Shown: positions 1 to 8,916 of the stretch, one piece after another | Layout of the letters: each line of letters opens with the position of its first letter | Numbering within the stretch: the stretch's first letter is position 1 | Assembly (NCBI GenBank): GCA_039914845.1 | Contig: JBDSOK010000220.1 | Span: 1-37,047, forward strand | DNA from: Nitrospiria bacterium | Lineage (GTDB): Bacteria > Nitrospirota > Nitrospiria > 2-01-FULL-66-17 | Direction of reading: 5' to 3' | DNA length: 37,047 bases | Notes under the pieces: generated by a model | What the model was told of the DNA's origin: nothing | The model's input: the letters and a program-made list of their open reading frames with translations, nothing else | Database searches by the model: none | Program-made: the position numbers and the translations under genes

Positions 1-5
1 CCTGA

Positions 6-28
6 CCCTCCCCCGCAAGGGGGGAGGG
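6..28 (+). other. GC-rich stem-loop (CCCTCCCCC / GCAA loop / GGGGGGAGGG); REP-like hairpin or terminator of an off-window gene
   Basis: Perfect 9-bp inverted repeat read directly at 6-14 and 19-28 with a GNRA-type tetraloop. No clear U-tract follows. Confidence 0.4.
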
Positions 29-55
29 AAATTTCATCCTCGGGGGTGAGCCGTC

Positions 56-160
56 GGCTCATGGCCACTCACGTACGAATGAGTACGCTCCGCGCGCAAG
101 GCAATGCCAATGGCGATCTCCCAACCGGAGCGCCTTGCATCTGACCACTCCTGAACAGCC
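56..160 (+). repeat. Degenerate copy A of the imperfect-palindromic intergenic repeat family (copies B 8917-9034 and C 13949-14096)
   Basis: Shares CTCACGTACGA..GTACGCTCCGC and CGCCTTGCATCTGaCCACTCCTGAACAGcC with copy B. The 5' arm is shortened and there is an insertion in the 3' arm. Confidence 0.6.
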
Positions 161-385
161 GCTCGCCTCCCGGCGAAACACAACAAAAAAATCTTAGGAC
201 TTTAATCTGGCGGCGAATATGGGGCGAGGGCTGACGGTTTCTCGTCTGCTATACTCAGCGGCATTCTGAACCACGGAGCGATCATTACCCCCCTCGCAGC
301 ACGACTCGTCGATCAACCGACTCTCAAGCCACAGACCGATCCGCACGTCGTCCGCCAGAGCCTGCGGTTTTCCACCCGCGATGGC

Positions 386-1726
386 GTGTACGCCTCGATC
401 ATGACGGGGCTCGGCGACAGTTACCTTGGGGCGTTTGCGATTTTTCTCAAGGCCACCAATCCCCAGATCGCGTTCCTGGCCGCCGTGCCCCAGCTCTTGG
501 GATCGTGGTGTCAGTTCATCTCGGTCTGGTGGCTGAACCGGCTCAAAGAGCGGAAGGCCTTGATTCTGGCCGGCGTCTTGGGTCAGGCGCTGACCTGGCT
601 GCTCATTCTGGCCGCGCCGTTTCTGTTCCCATCGGGCGCCGTGTGGTGGCTCATCGTCGGGGTGACGCTGTACTTCATGCTCGGAAACTTTGCCGCGCCG
701 CCGTGGAACAGCTTGATGGGCGATCTGGTCGATCCCCGTCAGCGGGGGCGCTATTTCGGCCGGCGCAATCGCGCGATGAGCGTGGCGACGTTCGGCGCCC
801 TGATCGTCGGCGGGTTGATTCTGCACGAGGCGCAAGGGCTGGGGAAGGTGGCGGCGGGGTTCGTGGCGATCTTTGCGATCGCGTTGGTCGCCCGCTTGAT
901 CTCGGCCTATTACCTGTCCCGGATGATCGAGCCTCCCTACCAATCCCGCGCCGAAGACCGGTTTTCGCTGTGGCAATTCCTGCGCGACGGCCGCCGCACC
1001 AACTTCGGCCGGTTCGTGGCGTATATCGCCCTGGTGCATTTCGCCGTCCAAGTTTCGGCGCCGTTCATCGCGCCCTACTTGCTGCGGGACCTCCACATGA
1101 CCTATCTCCAATTCATGGCGGCCACCGCCGCTACGGTCGTGGCCCAGGTTCTCACGTTGCCCTGGTGGGGGCGTTTTTGCGATCGATTCGGGAACAAGCG
1201 TGTTCTGAGCCTGACCGGCTTACTCCTGCCGGTGATCCCCGTATTCTGGTTGTGTACGACCAATTTCTATGCCATCGTGGCAATTCAATTTTTCGCGGGC
1301 GCGAGCTGGGCGGGTTTTTCGCTGGCGATGGGGAACTTCATTTTCGATACCGTCTCACCTCCCAAACGCCCTCAATGTGTCGCCGTCTACAATTCGGCCA
1401 ATGCGGCGGGCATTCTTCTCGGCGCGGGGCTGGGCGGGTGTTTGATCCCTTGGCTGCCTCGCGAGTTTGCCGTCGCCGGCATCCATGTCTCGTTGGTATC
1501 CAATCTGCAGCTCCTCTTCGCCCTCTCCGCGGTCTTGCGCCTGGTCGTCGCGCTCAAGTTCCTCCCCATCATCCGAGAAGCCCGTATTGTCTCTCCCTTG
1601 GCCGCCAAAGACTTGACGGCCAGGCTCGCGGTTGTCCTGTTCATGGGCAGGCGAATGGTGGGACGAATCGGCCGGGCGATGAGTGTCTGGGTTGTTGTCC
1701 TCGGCGGCCTCGGCAAACGAGACTAA
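386..1726 (+). CDS. MFS transporter
   Basis: 446-aa ORF with many hydrophobic helices and an MFS-like loop motif (GDLVDPRQRGRYFGRRN). The start is uncertain: GTG at 386 is the first canonical start, but the frame is open from 206. Confidence 0.8.
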   Translation: MYASIMTGLGDSYLGAFAIFLKATNPQIAFLAAVPQLLGSWCQFISVWWLNRLKERKALILAGVLGQALTWLLILAAPFLFPSGAVWWLIVGVTLYFMLGNFAAPPWNSLMGDLVDPRQRGRYFGRRNRAMSVATFGALIVGGLILHEAQGLGKVAAGFVAIFAIALVARLISAYYLSRMIEPPYQSRAEDRFSLWQFLRDGRRTNFGRFVAYIALVHFAVQVSAPFIAPYLLRDLHMTYLQFMAATAATVVAQVLTLPWWGRFCDRFGNKRVLSLTGLLLPVIPVFWLCTTNFYAIVAIQFFAGASWAGFSLAMGNFIFDTVSPPKRPQCVAVYNSANAAGILLGAGLGGCLIPWLPREFAVAGIHVSLVSNLQLLFALSAVLRLVVALKFLPIIREARIVSPLAAKDLTARLAVVLFMGRRMVGRIGRAMSVWVVVLGGLGKRD

Positions 1727-1781
1727 GCTCCATCCCCATCGTCCTTCGGCCCTCCACTATGTCGCCAGGAAATACTTCAGC

Positions 1782-1811
1782 TTGACACGTCTCATCGGGA
1801 CGGAGTATAAA
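1782..1811 (+). promoter_or_regulatory. Putative sigma70-type promoter (TTGACA - 18 nt - TATAAA) ahead of the YHS/transaldolase pair
   Basis: TTGACA at 1782-1787 and TATAAA at 1806-1811, read directly. It would give a very short leader before the ATG at 1826. Confidence 0.4.
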
Positions 1812-1825
1812 AAGGCGGTTATTCC

Positions 1826-2086
1826 ATGATACGCGTAACGCTCTATGCCGTACTCGGCCTGTTGCTGATGGCCGTGGTTGGCGTGTGGTTATCCGCTGGG
1901 AGGCGTGTGGGAACCCGTGGCGCGCCTGGAGTGCCGATGGTCCAGGACCCGGTCTGTGCGACCTATCTCCTCAAGAACCGGGCCCTGATGCGGCGCGTCT
2001 CCGGCGTCGACTATCTGTTTTGTAGTGAGGTCTGTGCCGACATCTTTGAGCGCAAGGCCGCCTCTGCAGGAGGAACCGATTCATGA
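1826..2086 (+). CDS. Small membrane-anchored YHS/TRASH-like domain protein
   Basis: N-terminal TM helix ([17 protein letters not shown]) followed by DPVC...[12 protein letters not shown], which resembles the YHS motif. Its stop overlaps the next start (ATGA at 2083-2086). Confidence 0.6.
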   Translation: MIRVTLYAVLGLLLMAVVGVWLSAGRRVGTRGAPGVPMVQDPVCATYLLKNRALMRRVSGVDYLFCSEVCADIFERKAASAGGTDS

Positions 2087-2733
2087 AGCTCTTCATCGAT
2101 AGCGCGAATATCACCGAAATCCGCGACGCGGCGGCGATGGGGCTGGTCGACGGGGTCACGACCAATCCCTCCCTGATCGCCAAAGAGGGCCGGCCCTTCA
2201 AAGACGCCATCCGCGAGATCTGCGAGCTCGTCGACGGTCCGATCAGCGCGGAGGTGACCGCGATCGAGGCCGACGGCATGTTGCGGGAAGGCCGTGAGCT
2301 CGCCAAGATTCACCACAACGTCGTGGTCAAGGTACCGTTGATTCCCGAGGGACTGAAAGCGGTCCGTCGCTTTACCGCCGAGGGCATCAAGACCAACGTC
2401 ACGTTGTGCTTTTCTCCCACCCAAGCCTTGCTGGCCGCCAAGGCCGGAGCCGCCTTCATCAGTCCGTTTGTGGGCCGATTGGACGACATTAGCGAGCAAG
2501 GCATGGAACTGATCCGCCAGATCATCACGATCTACGATAATTACGATTTTGAGACCGAGGTCCTGGTGGCCAGCGTCCGCCACCCGCTCCACGTGGTCGA
2601 AGCCGCCACAATGGGCGCCGACGTGGCGACCATGCCCTACGCCGTCTTGATGCAATTGGCCAAGCACCCGTTGACCGATATCGGTTTGAAGAAATTTTTG
2701 GCGGATTGGGAGAAACTTCCGAAAGCGACCTAA
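2083..2733 (+). CDS. tal: Transaldolase / fructose-6-phosphate aldolase (short Tal/FSA family)
   Basis: [34 protein letters not shown] are hallmark motifs of the ~215-aa Tal/FSA family. Confidence 0.9.
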   Translation: MKLFIDSANITEIRDAAAMGLVDGVTTNPSLIAKEGRPFKDAIREICELVDGPISAEVTAIEADGMLREGRELAKIHHNVVVKVPLIPEGLKAVRRFTAEGIKTNVTLCFSPTQALLAAKAGAAFISPFVGRLDDISEQGMELIRQIITIYDNYDFETEVLVASVRHPLHVVEAATMGADVATMPYAVLMQLAKHPLTDIGLKKFLADWEKLPKAT

Positions 2734-2774
2734 CGAGCCGGGCGAGCCCGAGGTCCGAGTCCTTGGGTATTGGA

Positions 2775-2787
2775 GCCTGTTCAGGAG
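2775..2787 (-). repeat. Solo fragment matching the terminal inverted repeat of the palindromic repeat family
   Basis: GCCTGTTCAGGAG is the exact reverse complement of CTCCTGAACAGGC at 9022-9034. The flanks show only weak similarity. Confidence 0.35.
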
Positions 2788-2897
2788 CTCACCACCTGCA
2801 TAAGTGAGGAGTCCACCTGGGATCTGAGCACACGAAAGCCCGACAGACGATCACCGCCATCCTGGGCGCCGCACTGAAAGCGGCCGATCCCGCTGTT

Positions 2898-4154
2898 TTG
2901 GTCAAGCGCGCCGTCACCGTCAAGAATCGCCGCCTGCTGGCCGGCAAGCAATCTTTCCCTCTCGATAAATACGAACGCGTGCTGGTGGTGGGCGGCGGAA
3001 AAGCCGTCGCGCCCATGGCCGCCGAAATTGAGCGCCTGCTGAAGACGCGGATTGACGGAGGCTTGGTCGTCACCCGCTATGGTCACGGCGGTCCGCTGTC
3101 GCGGATCGAGATCGTCGAAGCCGGGCATCCCATCCCCGATCGCACCGGATTGTCTGCCGGCCAGCGCATGCTGGACCTGCTCAAGAAAGCGGGCGAGCGC
3201 GATCTCGTGATCGTGCTCGTATCGGGCGGCGGGTCGGCGCTGCTGCCCGCGCCGGTTGACGGCGTGAGCCTGACCGACAAGCAGGTCGTCACCACCCTCC
3301 TGCTGCGTTCCGGCGCGACCGTGCGGGAACTCAATGCGGTCCGCAAACACCTCTCGCATCTCAAGGGCGGCAATATGGCGATCGCCGCCTCACCCGCAAC
3401 GGTCCTCACGCTCGTGCTCTCCGATGTGGTGGGGAACGATTTGGCCAGTATCGCCTCGGGTCCCACCGTGCCGGACCCGACGACCTTTCAGGACGCAATG
3501 GCCATCCTTCATCACTACGACCTCTGGGACAAGATTCCCCAGGCGATTAAAGACCATCTCGTCCAAGGCAGCCGAAGCGGCTCAGGCGAAACGCCCAAGC
3601 CGAGTCACCCCGCATTTGCCCGCGTCCATAACCTGATCGTGGGCGATGTGCGGGTGTCCCTCGCCGCGGCGGCCGCCCAAGTCAAAAAGCTCGGCTACCA
3701 ACCGCTGGTGCTCACCTCCTCGTTGTGCGGCGAAGCGCGGGAAGCCGCCAAGGTCTTCGGCGCGATCGTGCGCGAAGTCGCCGCCGAAGATCGCCCGCTC
3801 AAGCGCCCCGCGGCGCTCCTGGCCGGCGGCGAAACCACCGTCTCGGTGCGTGGGATGGGGGTCGGCGGACGCTGCCAGGAATTTACCCTCGCGCTTGCGC
3901 TGGAAATTGCGGGCCTCAAAAAAGTGACCGTCTTCGCCTGCGGCACCGACGGCACCGACGGCTCCACCGAAGCGGCCGGCGCCATGGCCGACGGGTCCAC
4001 GCTGGAGAAAGCCCAGGGGCTGGGCCTGCACCCTCAACGATTCCTCGATCAAAATGATTCCCACACCTTCTTCCACAGCCTCGCCCAGACGATCCACACC
4101 GGTCCGACCCGCACCAACGTCACCGACCTGTACTGCGCGTTGATCGGCAAGTAA
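2898..4154 (+). CDS. Glycerate 2-kinase / putative hydroxypyruvate reductase (DUF4147 + MOFRL family)
   Basis: Motifs VVGGGKA, EAGHPIPD, LVSGGGSALL, GGETTV and CGTDGTDG are typical of MOFRL glycerate kinases. TTG at 2898 is the first canonical start, but family-like N-terminal sequence continues upstream to 2808. Confidence 0.85.
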   Translation: MVKRAVTVKNRRLLAGKQSFPLDKYERVLVVGGGKAVAPMAAEIERLLKTRIDGGLVVTRYGHGGPLSRIEIVEAGHPIPDRTGLSAGQRMLDLLKKAGERDLVIVLVSGGGSALLPAPVDGVSLTDKQVVTTLLLRSGATVRELNAVRKHLSHLKGGNMAIAASPATVLTLVLSDVVGNDLASIASGPTVPDPTTFQDAMAILHHYDLWDKIPQAIKDHLVQGSRSGSGETPKPSHPAFARVHNLIVGDVRVSLAAAAAQVKKLGYQPLVLTSSLCGEAREAAKVFGAIVREVAAEDRPLKRPAALLAGGETTVSVRGMGVGGRCQEFTLALALEIAGLKKVTVFACGTDGTDGSTEAAGAMADGSTLEKAQGLGLHPQRFLDQNDSHTFFHSLAQTIHTGPTRTNVTDLYCALIGK

Positions 4155-4225
4155 CGCCGCCCGCCGCATCGGTCATTCCGTCGGAGGATTTGCCGATCGG
4201 GAAGGGTTTGCTATCGTCTCGGGTG

Positions 4226-4756
4226 ATGGGACGAGCGGTGATCATCGGATGCTTGGCGTTGGCGCTGACCGCGTGTGCGGGGACACGGTCCGCTCCCGAA
4301 CCCGCGGCGCACGGTTTGGACTATGAGGCGTTGATCGCGGCGCCGGCCGGTCCGGTCACGGACGTCGGGCAACGCGTCGTCCGGACCGCCACGTCGTTAC
4401 TGGGGACGCCCTACCGCTTCGGCGGGACGACGCCGGAAGGCTTCGATTGCTCGGGGTACATCGCCTACGTGTTTCGGCACGCGGCCGGGATGAATCTTCC
4501 GCGCCGGTCGATCGATCAAGTCCGCTGGGGGCGTCCGATCTCGCCGCTCGCGATGCAGCCGGGCGATCTGGTGTCCTTTCGGATCGACCGTGAGCAAGCC
4601 CTGCACGTGGGGATTTACCTCGGAGCAGGCCGCTTCATCCACGCGCCCAGCACGCACGGCGCGGTGAACATTCAAAGTCTGGGGCTTGAGTATTGGCGCA
4701 CCCGGTTTCTCGGCGCGCGGCGGGTGCTGCCGGTCAGCGAGGGAACGCCTCTTTGA
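4226..4756 (+). CDS. NlpC/P60 (C40) family peptidoglycan endopeptidase lipoprotein
   Basis: Lipobox LALTAC after the ATG at 4226. Catalytic region GFDCSGYIAYVF...HVGIYLG..FIHAP. The ORF-track start is an alternative TTG at 4190. Confidence 0.85.
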   Translation: MGRAVIIGCLALALTACAGTRSAPEPAAHGLDYEALIAAPAGPVTDVGQRVVRTATSLLGTPYRFGGTTPEGFDCSGYIAYVFRHAAGMNLPRRSIDQVRWGRPISPLAMQPGDLVSFRIDREQALHVGIYLGAGRFIHAPSTHGAVNIQSLGLEYWRTRFLGARRVLPVSEGTPL

Positions 4757-6776
4757 CCCCGCCGTCCACCGGCAACGCGGCGCCGGTCGTTTTGGACGAT
4801 CGGTTCGAGGCGAAAAAGAGCACGGCGTCGGCCACGTCCTGCGGCAAAATCCGGGTCTGCAGCAGATTGCGCTTGGCGTAAAATTCTTCCACCTCGTCCA
4901 CGCCGATGCCGTGGGCTTTTGCCCGTTCGGCGCGAATCTCGGGCGACCACAGGCCCGAGTGCAAGAACACCCCGTCGGGATTGACCATGTTCACGCGGAT
5001 TCCATGGCGGGCGTTCTCGATCGCCATGATTTTCGCCAATTGCGCCTGCGCGGCCTTGGAGGCGGAATACGCGCCGAAGTCCTGTCCCGGCGCGAAGACG
5101 TTCTTGGTGGAGATCACCACAATCGATCCGCCCAATCGCTGCTCGCGCATGATGCGGATCGCTTCGCGCGAGGCGAGCAAATGGCCGGTGGCGTTGACCG
5201 CGATGGACTCGTGCCAGTCCGCGAGCGTGAGTCGCTCGATCGGGGCGCAGCGCGCAATGCCCGCGTTGGACACGAAGACGTCAAGCCCCCCGAAGGCCAA
5301 CGTCGCGTCCTGAAACGCGCGGGCGACCCCGCGCTCGTCGGTGACATCCATCCGCAACGCGATCGCGTGGCCCTCCCCGAACCGGCGCGAATACTCATCG
5401 GCCAATTTCTGCGTCGCATCGAGGTCCACGTCGGTCAAGACCACCACCGCACCCTCGGCAAGCAGCCGCTCGGCGATGGCGCGGCCGATGCCGCCCGCGG
5501 CGCCGGTCACGAGCGCGATCGCGCGCGACAGCGGGCGTTCCGGAGGCGCCAGCGTGAGCTTGAAGTTCTCCATCGGCCAATACTCGAAGTCGCACAGGTC
5601 GTTCGGCGCGAGCGGCCGATAGCCCCCGAGCGAGGATGCGGCCCGGATCACGCCCATGGTGTGCAGGAACAGATCACGCGCGATCAGCGTTTCACGCCGG
5701 GTCTTGCCGGTGGTGAACATTCCCACGCCGGGGATCAAGACGATCCGCGGGTTGGGGTCGCCCATCGTCACCCCGGGGCTCTTGTGCCGGTTGAAGTACT
5801 CGCCATAGGCCGTGCGGTAGCGCTCCAGCGCCTTGGGGAGCGCCTCGCGAAGCGAGGATTCGTCGCGCGACGCGCGCGGATCGAGCAGGAGCGGCCACGG
5901 TTTGGTGTACAGCAGATGATCGGGGGTGAACGGGCCGGTCAGCGTCTTGGGGTCCGCGGTGGCCGCGAAATCCAAGACCTCGGGCGAATCGTCGTAATGG
6001 AGCAAGACCGGACGCTGTCGGCTCACCTCGCCCCGCAGCACGGGCGCGATCGCCGCGGCCAGCGCGCGGCGGGCGACCGCCGGGCGGCGCGCTGGCGATT
6101 TGGCCGGCCGCTTGGTTCGCGCGGCGATGAACCGCTCGGCACGGGTGACGTACCGCACCGTGGCCAGGTACGCGGCTTGGGCCGTGTCGCCCCAGGTAAT
6201 GAGCCCGTGCTTATCCAGGATCACGGCGCGCGCGCGGGGGTGTGCCTGCACCGCCTCGCCGGTCCGCTTCGACAGCAGAAATCCCGGCCGTGAATAGGGC
6301 ACCACCACGACCTCGTCGCCGAACAGCTCGCGGATGACCTCATGGCTCTTCGGGATATCGGTCAGCGTGCAAATCGCATCGGCGTGGGTGTGATAGATGT
6401 GAGTGGCGGGGATGAACGCGTGCAGCAGGGTTTCGATCGACGGTTTGGGCGCGGCGGGCTCCAGCGTGGACTTGGCCTGGTAGGCGACCATGTCCTCGTC
6501 GGTCATCGCGGGCCGATGAATCAACGGCAGCAAATCGTCCAGACGCAGCGGCGTGAATTGCTGAGCGGTGATCGTCCGCATATCCGAGCCGCTGCCCTTG
6601 ATATACAGAATACGGGTCACCCTTCCGGTGTGGTCTTTGCCGTCCACCTTCACCGATGAGTTTCCGCCGCCCCAGAGCACGAGATTCGGACTGGCGCCGA
6701 TCACACGCGAGGCATAGACGAGCGCGGCCAATCCGTCCAGGCCCCGCGCGTCCCGTTCCGACCACAAGCTGTTCAC
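4734..6776 (-). CDS. Bifunctional class II aldolase (rhamnulose-1-phosphate aldolase-like) / short-chain dehydrogenase
   Basis: 680 aa. The N-terminal aldolase/adducin-like domain contains HTHAD. The C-terminal SDR domain has TGAAGGIG and YSASKAA. GTG start lies 2 nt after the pdxJ stop. Confidence 0.8.
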   Translation of the reverse strand: MNSLWSERDARGLDGLAALVYASRVIGASPNLVLWGGGNSSVKVDGKDHTGRVTRILYIKGSGSDMRTITAQQFTPLRLDDLLPLIHRPAMTDEDMVAYQAKSTLEPAAPKPSIETLLHAFIPATHIYHTHADAICTLTDIPKSHEVIRELFGDEVVVVPYSRPGFLLSKRTGEAVQAHPRARAVILDKHGLITWGDTAQAAYLATVRYVTRAERFIAARTKRPAKSPARRPAVARRALAAAIAPVLRGEVSRQRPVLLHYDDSPEVLDFAATADPKTLTGPFTPDHLLYTKPWPLLLDPRASRDESSLREALPKALERYRTAYGEYFNRHKSPGVTMGDPNPRIVLIPGVGMFTTGKTRRETLIARDLFLHTMGVIRAASSLGGYRPLAPNDLCDFEYWPMENFKLTLAPPERPLSRAIALVTGAAGGIGRAIAERLLAEGAVVVLTDVDLDATQKLADEYSRRFGEGHAIALRMDVTDERGVARAFQDATLAFGGLDVFVSNAGIARCAPIERLTLADWHESIAVNATGHLLASREAIRIMREQRLGGSIVVISTKNVFAPGQDFGAYSASKAAQAQLAKIMAIENARHGIRVNMVNPDGVFLHSGLWSPEIRAERAKAHGIGVDEVEEFYAKRNLLQTRILPQDVADAVLFFASNRSSKTTGAALPVDGGVKEAFPR

Positions 6777-6778
6777 GA

Positions 6779-7507
6779 TTATCCTTTCGGCGCGGCGGCG
6801 GTTTTCATTTCGCGCACCGCCTGCTCCATGCCGACCAGCATCGCCCGCGCCGCGAGGGCATGGCCCACGTTATATTGCGCGATCTCGGGCGTGGCGGCGA
6901 AGGTCCGTACGGCGTCCAAGCTCAGCGCGTGCCCGATCTGAACCGGCATGCCCAGCTTGGCGGCGAGTTTGGCGGAGTGGATGATTTGCTCCGACCAGAC
7001 CTGACGGTCGGCGGGCGTTTTGGCGGCGATGTACGAGGTGGTGTTGAGTTCCACGCCCAGCCCGGGATGGCCGAGACGATGGCAGGTTTTGATGTCGTCG
7101 ATGAGCGGTTGGACGAGCAACGCGACCGCGATCCCCGCTTGCCGGAGCGCCGCAACCGCCTGGTACACTTGGTCGCGCTTTCCGATCAGGTCCAGACCGC
7201 CTTCGGTGGTCAATTCCAGCGGTTGTTCCGGGACCAACGTGACGCGCGCAGGTCGCGCCTCCAGCGCAAACTTGAGCATGCGATCGGCCAGCGAAATTTC
7301 GAGGGTGAGCTTGGAGGCCACGACCTGCTGCAGGGCGTGAAGGTCGCGTTCTTGGATGTGGCGGCGATCCTCGCGGAGGTGAACGATGAACCAGTCGGCG
7401 CCTCCCAGTTCGCCCAGGATCGCAGCCGCCGCCAGATTGGGCTCACTCCCGCCTCGCGCCTGACGCAAGGTGGCGACGTGATCCAGCTTTACTCCAAGTT
7501 CCGCCAT
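6779..7507 (-). CDS. pdxJ: Pyridoxine 5'-phosphate synthase
   Basis: LGVKLDHVATLRQARGG..EP...HLREDRRHI are PdxJ motifs. The ATG at 7507 gives the typical 242 aa. Confidence 0.9.
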   Translation of the reverse strand: MAELGVKLDHVATLRQARGGSEPNLAAAAILGELGGADWFIVHLREDRRHIQERDLHALQQVVASKLTLEISLADRMLKFALEARPARVTLVPEQPLELTTEGGLDLIGKRDQVYQAVAALRQAGIAVALLVQPLIDDIKTCHRLGHPGLGVELNTTSYIAAKTPADRQVWSEQIIHSAKLAAKLGMPVQIGHALSLDAVRTFAATPEIAQYNVGHALAARAMLVGMEQAVREMKTAAAPKG

Positions 7508-7529
7508 GCCGCTCCGCCGGTCGCGCGGC

Positions 7530-7558
7530 ATTGTGGCATCGGCGGGATAAAAAATCAA
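7530..7558 (-). promoter_or_regulatory. Putative promoter for pdxJ (TTGATT - 17 nt - CACAAT on the minus strand)
   Basis: Read directly from the reverse complement of 7530-7558. Confidence 0.3.
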
Positions 7559-7644
7559 GAAGGTTTCGAGGCCGCGACAAATCCGATGTCTCCGAACTGC
7601 ATGGAATTATGGGACTTTCATCCCGCGAGACGCGCGGTTCACGT

Positions 7645-7673
7645 TTGACAAAGGTTTGGGCTTTCCGTATGAT
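7645..7673 (+). promoter_or_regulatory. Near-consensus sigma70 promoter (TTGACA - 17 nt - TATGAT) for the aminotransferase/threonine block
   Basis: TTGACA at 7645-7650 and TATGAT at 7668-7673, in the divergent pdxJ/alaC intergenic region. Confidence 0.5.
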
Positions 7674-7735
7674 GAGGCCGGGATTTTTCCGTGAATCGGC
7701 CGCATCGCGGCTGTTCGGGTTCCCCGGGGGGGCAG

Positions 7736-8914
7736 GTGGACGGGTTTTCACGCATCAAACGTCTCCCGCCGTACGTCTTCAACATCGTCACCGGGATGAA
7801 GACGGAGGCGCGGCGGCGCGGGGAGGATATCCTCGACTTCGGGATGGGCAATCCCGACACGCCCACGCCCCGGCACATCCAAGATAAGTTGATCGAAGCG
7901 GTGGGCAATCCCAAGAACCACCGCTATTCCCTCTCCAAGGGCATCCCCAAATTACGTGAGGCGATGGCGGCGTGGTACGGCCGTCACTACGGGGTCGTGC
8001 TCGACCCCGAGACCGAGGTGATCGCGACCATCGGGTCGAAGGAGGGCTTATCGCATCTCGCCCTGGCCATCGTGGAGCCGGGCGACGTGGTGCTGACCCC
8101 GAGCCCGACGTATCCCATCCATCCCTACAGCGTGATTATCGCCGGGGGGCAGGTCAAGAGCATCCCGCTGCGCGCCGATTCGGATTTTTTCGAAGACATG
8201 ACCGCGGCCTACAAGCAGACCTGGCCGCGGCCCAAGCTGCTCATCATCAACTTTCCCCATAACCCCACCACGCGGGTGGTCGACCTCGGCTTTTTCAAAC
8301 AGATCGTCGATTTCGCCGGCGAAAACGGCCTGCTGGTCGTCCACGATCTGGCGTATGCCGATCTGGTCTTCGACGGCTATCAGGCGCCGAGCTTTTTGCA
8401 GGTCCCCGGCGCCAAAGAGGTCGGCGTCGAGTTCTTCACGCTGTCCAAGAGCTACAGCATGCCGGGATGGCGGGTGGGGTTCTGCGTGGGCAATCGCGAA
8501 ATGGTGGGCGCCCTGGCCAAGCTGAAGAGTTACCTCGACTACGGCATCTTCCAACCGATTCAAATTGCCGCCACGGTGGCGCTCAACGGTCCGCAAGACT
8601 GCGTGGGCGAGGTGGTGGAGACCTACCGCAAACGGCGCGACGTCCTGGTCGACGGCCTCAACCGCATCGGCTGGAAGGTGGACAAGCCCCGCGCCACGAT
8701 GTTCGTCTGGGCCCCGATTCCGGAGGCGTTCCGCGGCATGGGATCGCTGGAGTTTTCCAAACGCTTGTTGACCGACGCCAAGGTGGCGGTGTCGCCGGGG
8801 ATCGGGTTTGGAGAATACGGCGACGACGCGGTGCGGTTTGCGCTGGTGGAAAACGAACATCGGACGCGTCAGGCGATACAGGGTCTCAAACGGGTCTTGC
8901 GCCATGGCCTTTAG
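7736..8914 (+). CDS. alaC: Class I/II PLP aminotransferase, AlaC (YfdZ)-like glutamate-pyruvate aminotransferase
   Basis: The N-terminus [13 protein letters not shown]...[18 protein letters not shown] and [11 protein letters not shown] closely resemble my recollection of E. coli AlaC. The GTG at 7736 is preferred over the GTG at 7691. Confidence 0.75.
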   Translation: MDGFSRIKRLPPYVFNIVTGMKTEARRRGEDILDFGMGNPDTPTPRHIQDKLIEAVGNPKNHRYSLSKGIPKLREAMAAWYGRHYGVVLDPETEVIATIGSKEGLSHLALAIVEPGDVVLTPSPTYPIHPYSVIIAGGQVKSIPLRADSDFFEDMTAAYKQTWPRPKLLIINFPHNPTTRVVDLGFFKQIVDFAGENGLLVVHDLAYADLVFDGYQAPSFLQVPGAKEVGVEFFTLSKSYSMPGWRVGFCVGNREMVGALAKLKSYLDYGIFQPIQIAATVALNGPQDCVGEVVETYRKRRDVLVDGLNRIGWKVDKPRATMFVWAPIPEAFRGMGSLEFSKRLLTDAKVAVSPGIGFGEYGDDAVRFALVENEHRTRQAIQGLKRVLRHGL

Positions 8915-8916
8915 GA

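Noticed and set aside
4686-6293. A 535-aa plus-strand ORF opposite the aldolase/SDR gene. Similar long shadow ORFs occur at 194-1111(-), 505-1785(+), 8048-8926(-), 8966-10390(-), 10551-12650(-), 13160-13927(-), 14028-15791(-), 17503-18243(-), 18690-19604(-), 19553-20554(-), 20576-22375(-), 25021-26886(-), 27111-27773(-), 28803-29747(+), 30556-31536(+), 31900-33009(+) and 34961-35866(-).
   Set aside because: All of them overlap genes with unmistakable family motifs on the other strand or in another frame. Their translations are Arg/Gly/Ala/Pro/His-rich low-complexity sequence without recognisable domains. Stop codons are rare in a genome of about 65 % GC, so such ORFs are expected by chance.
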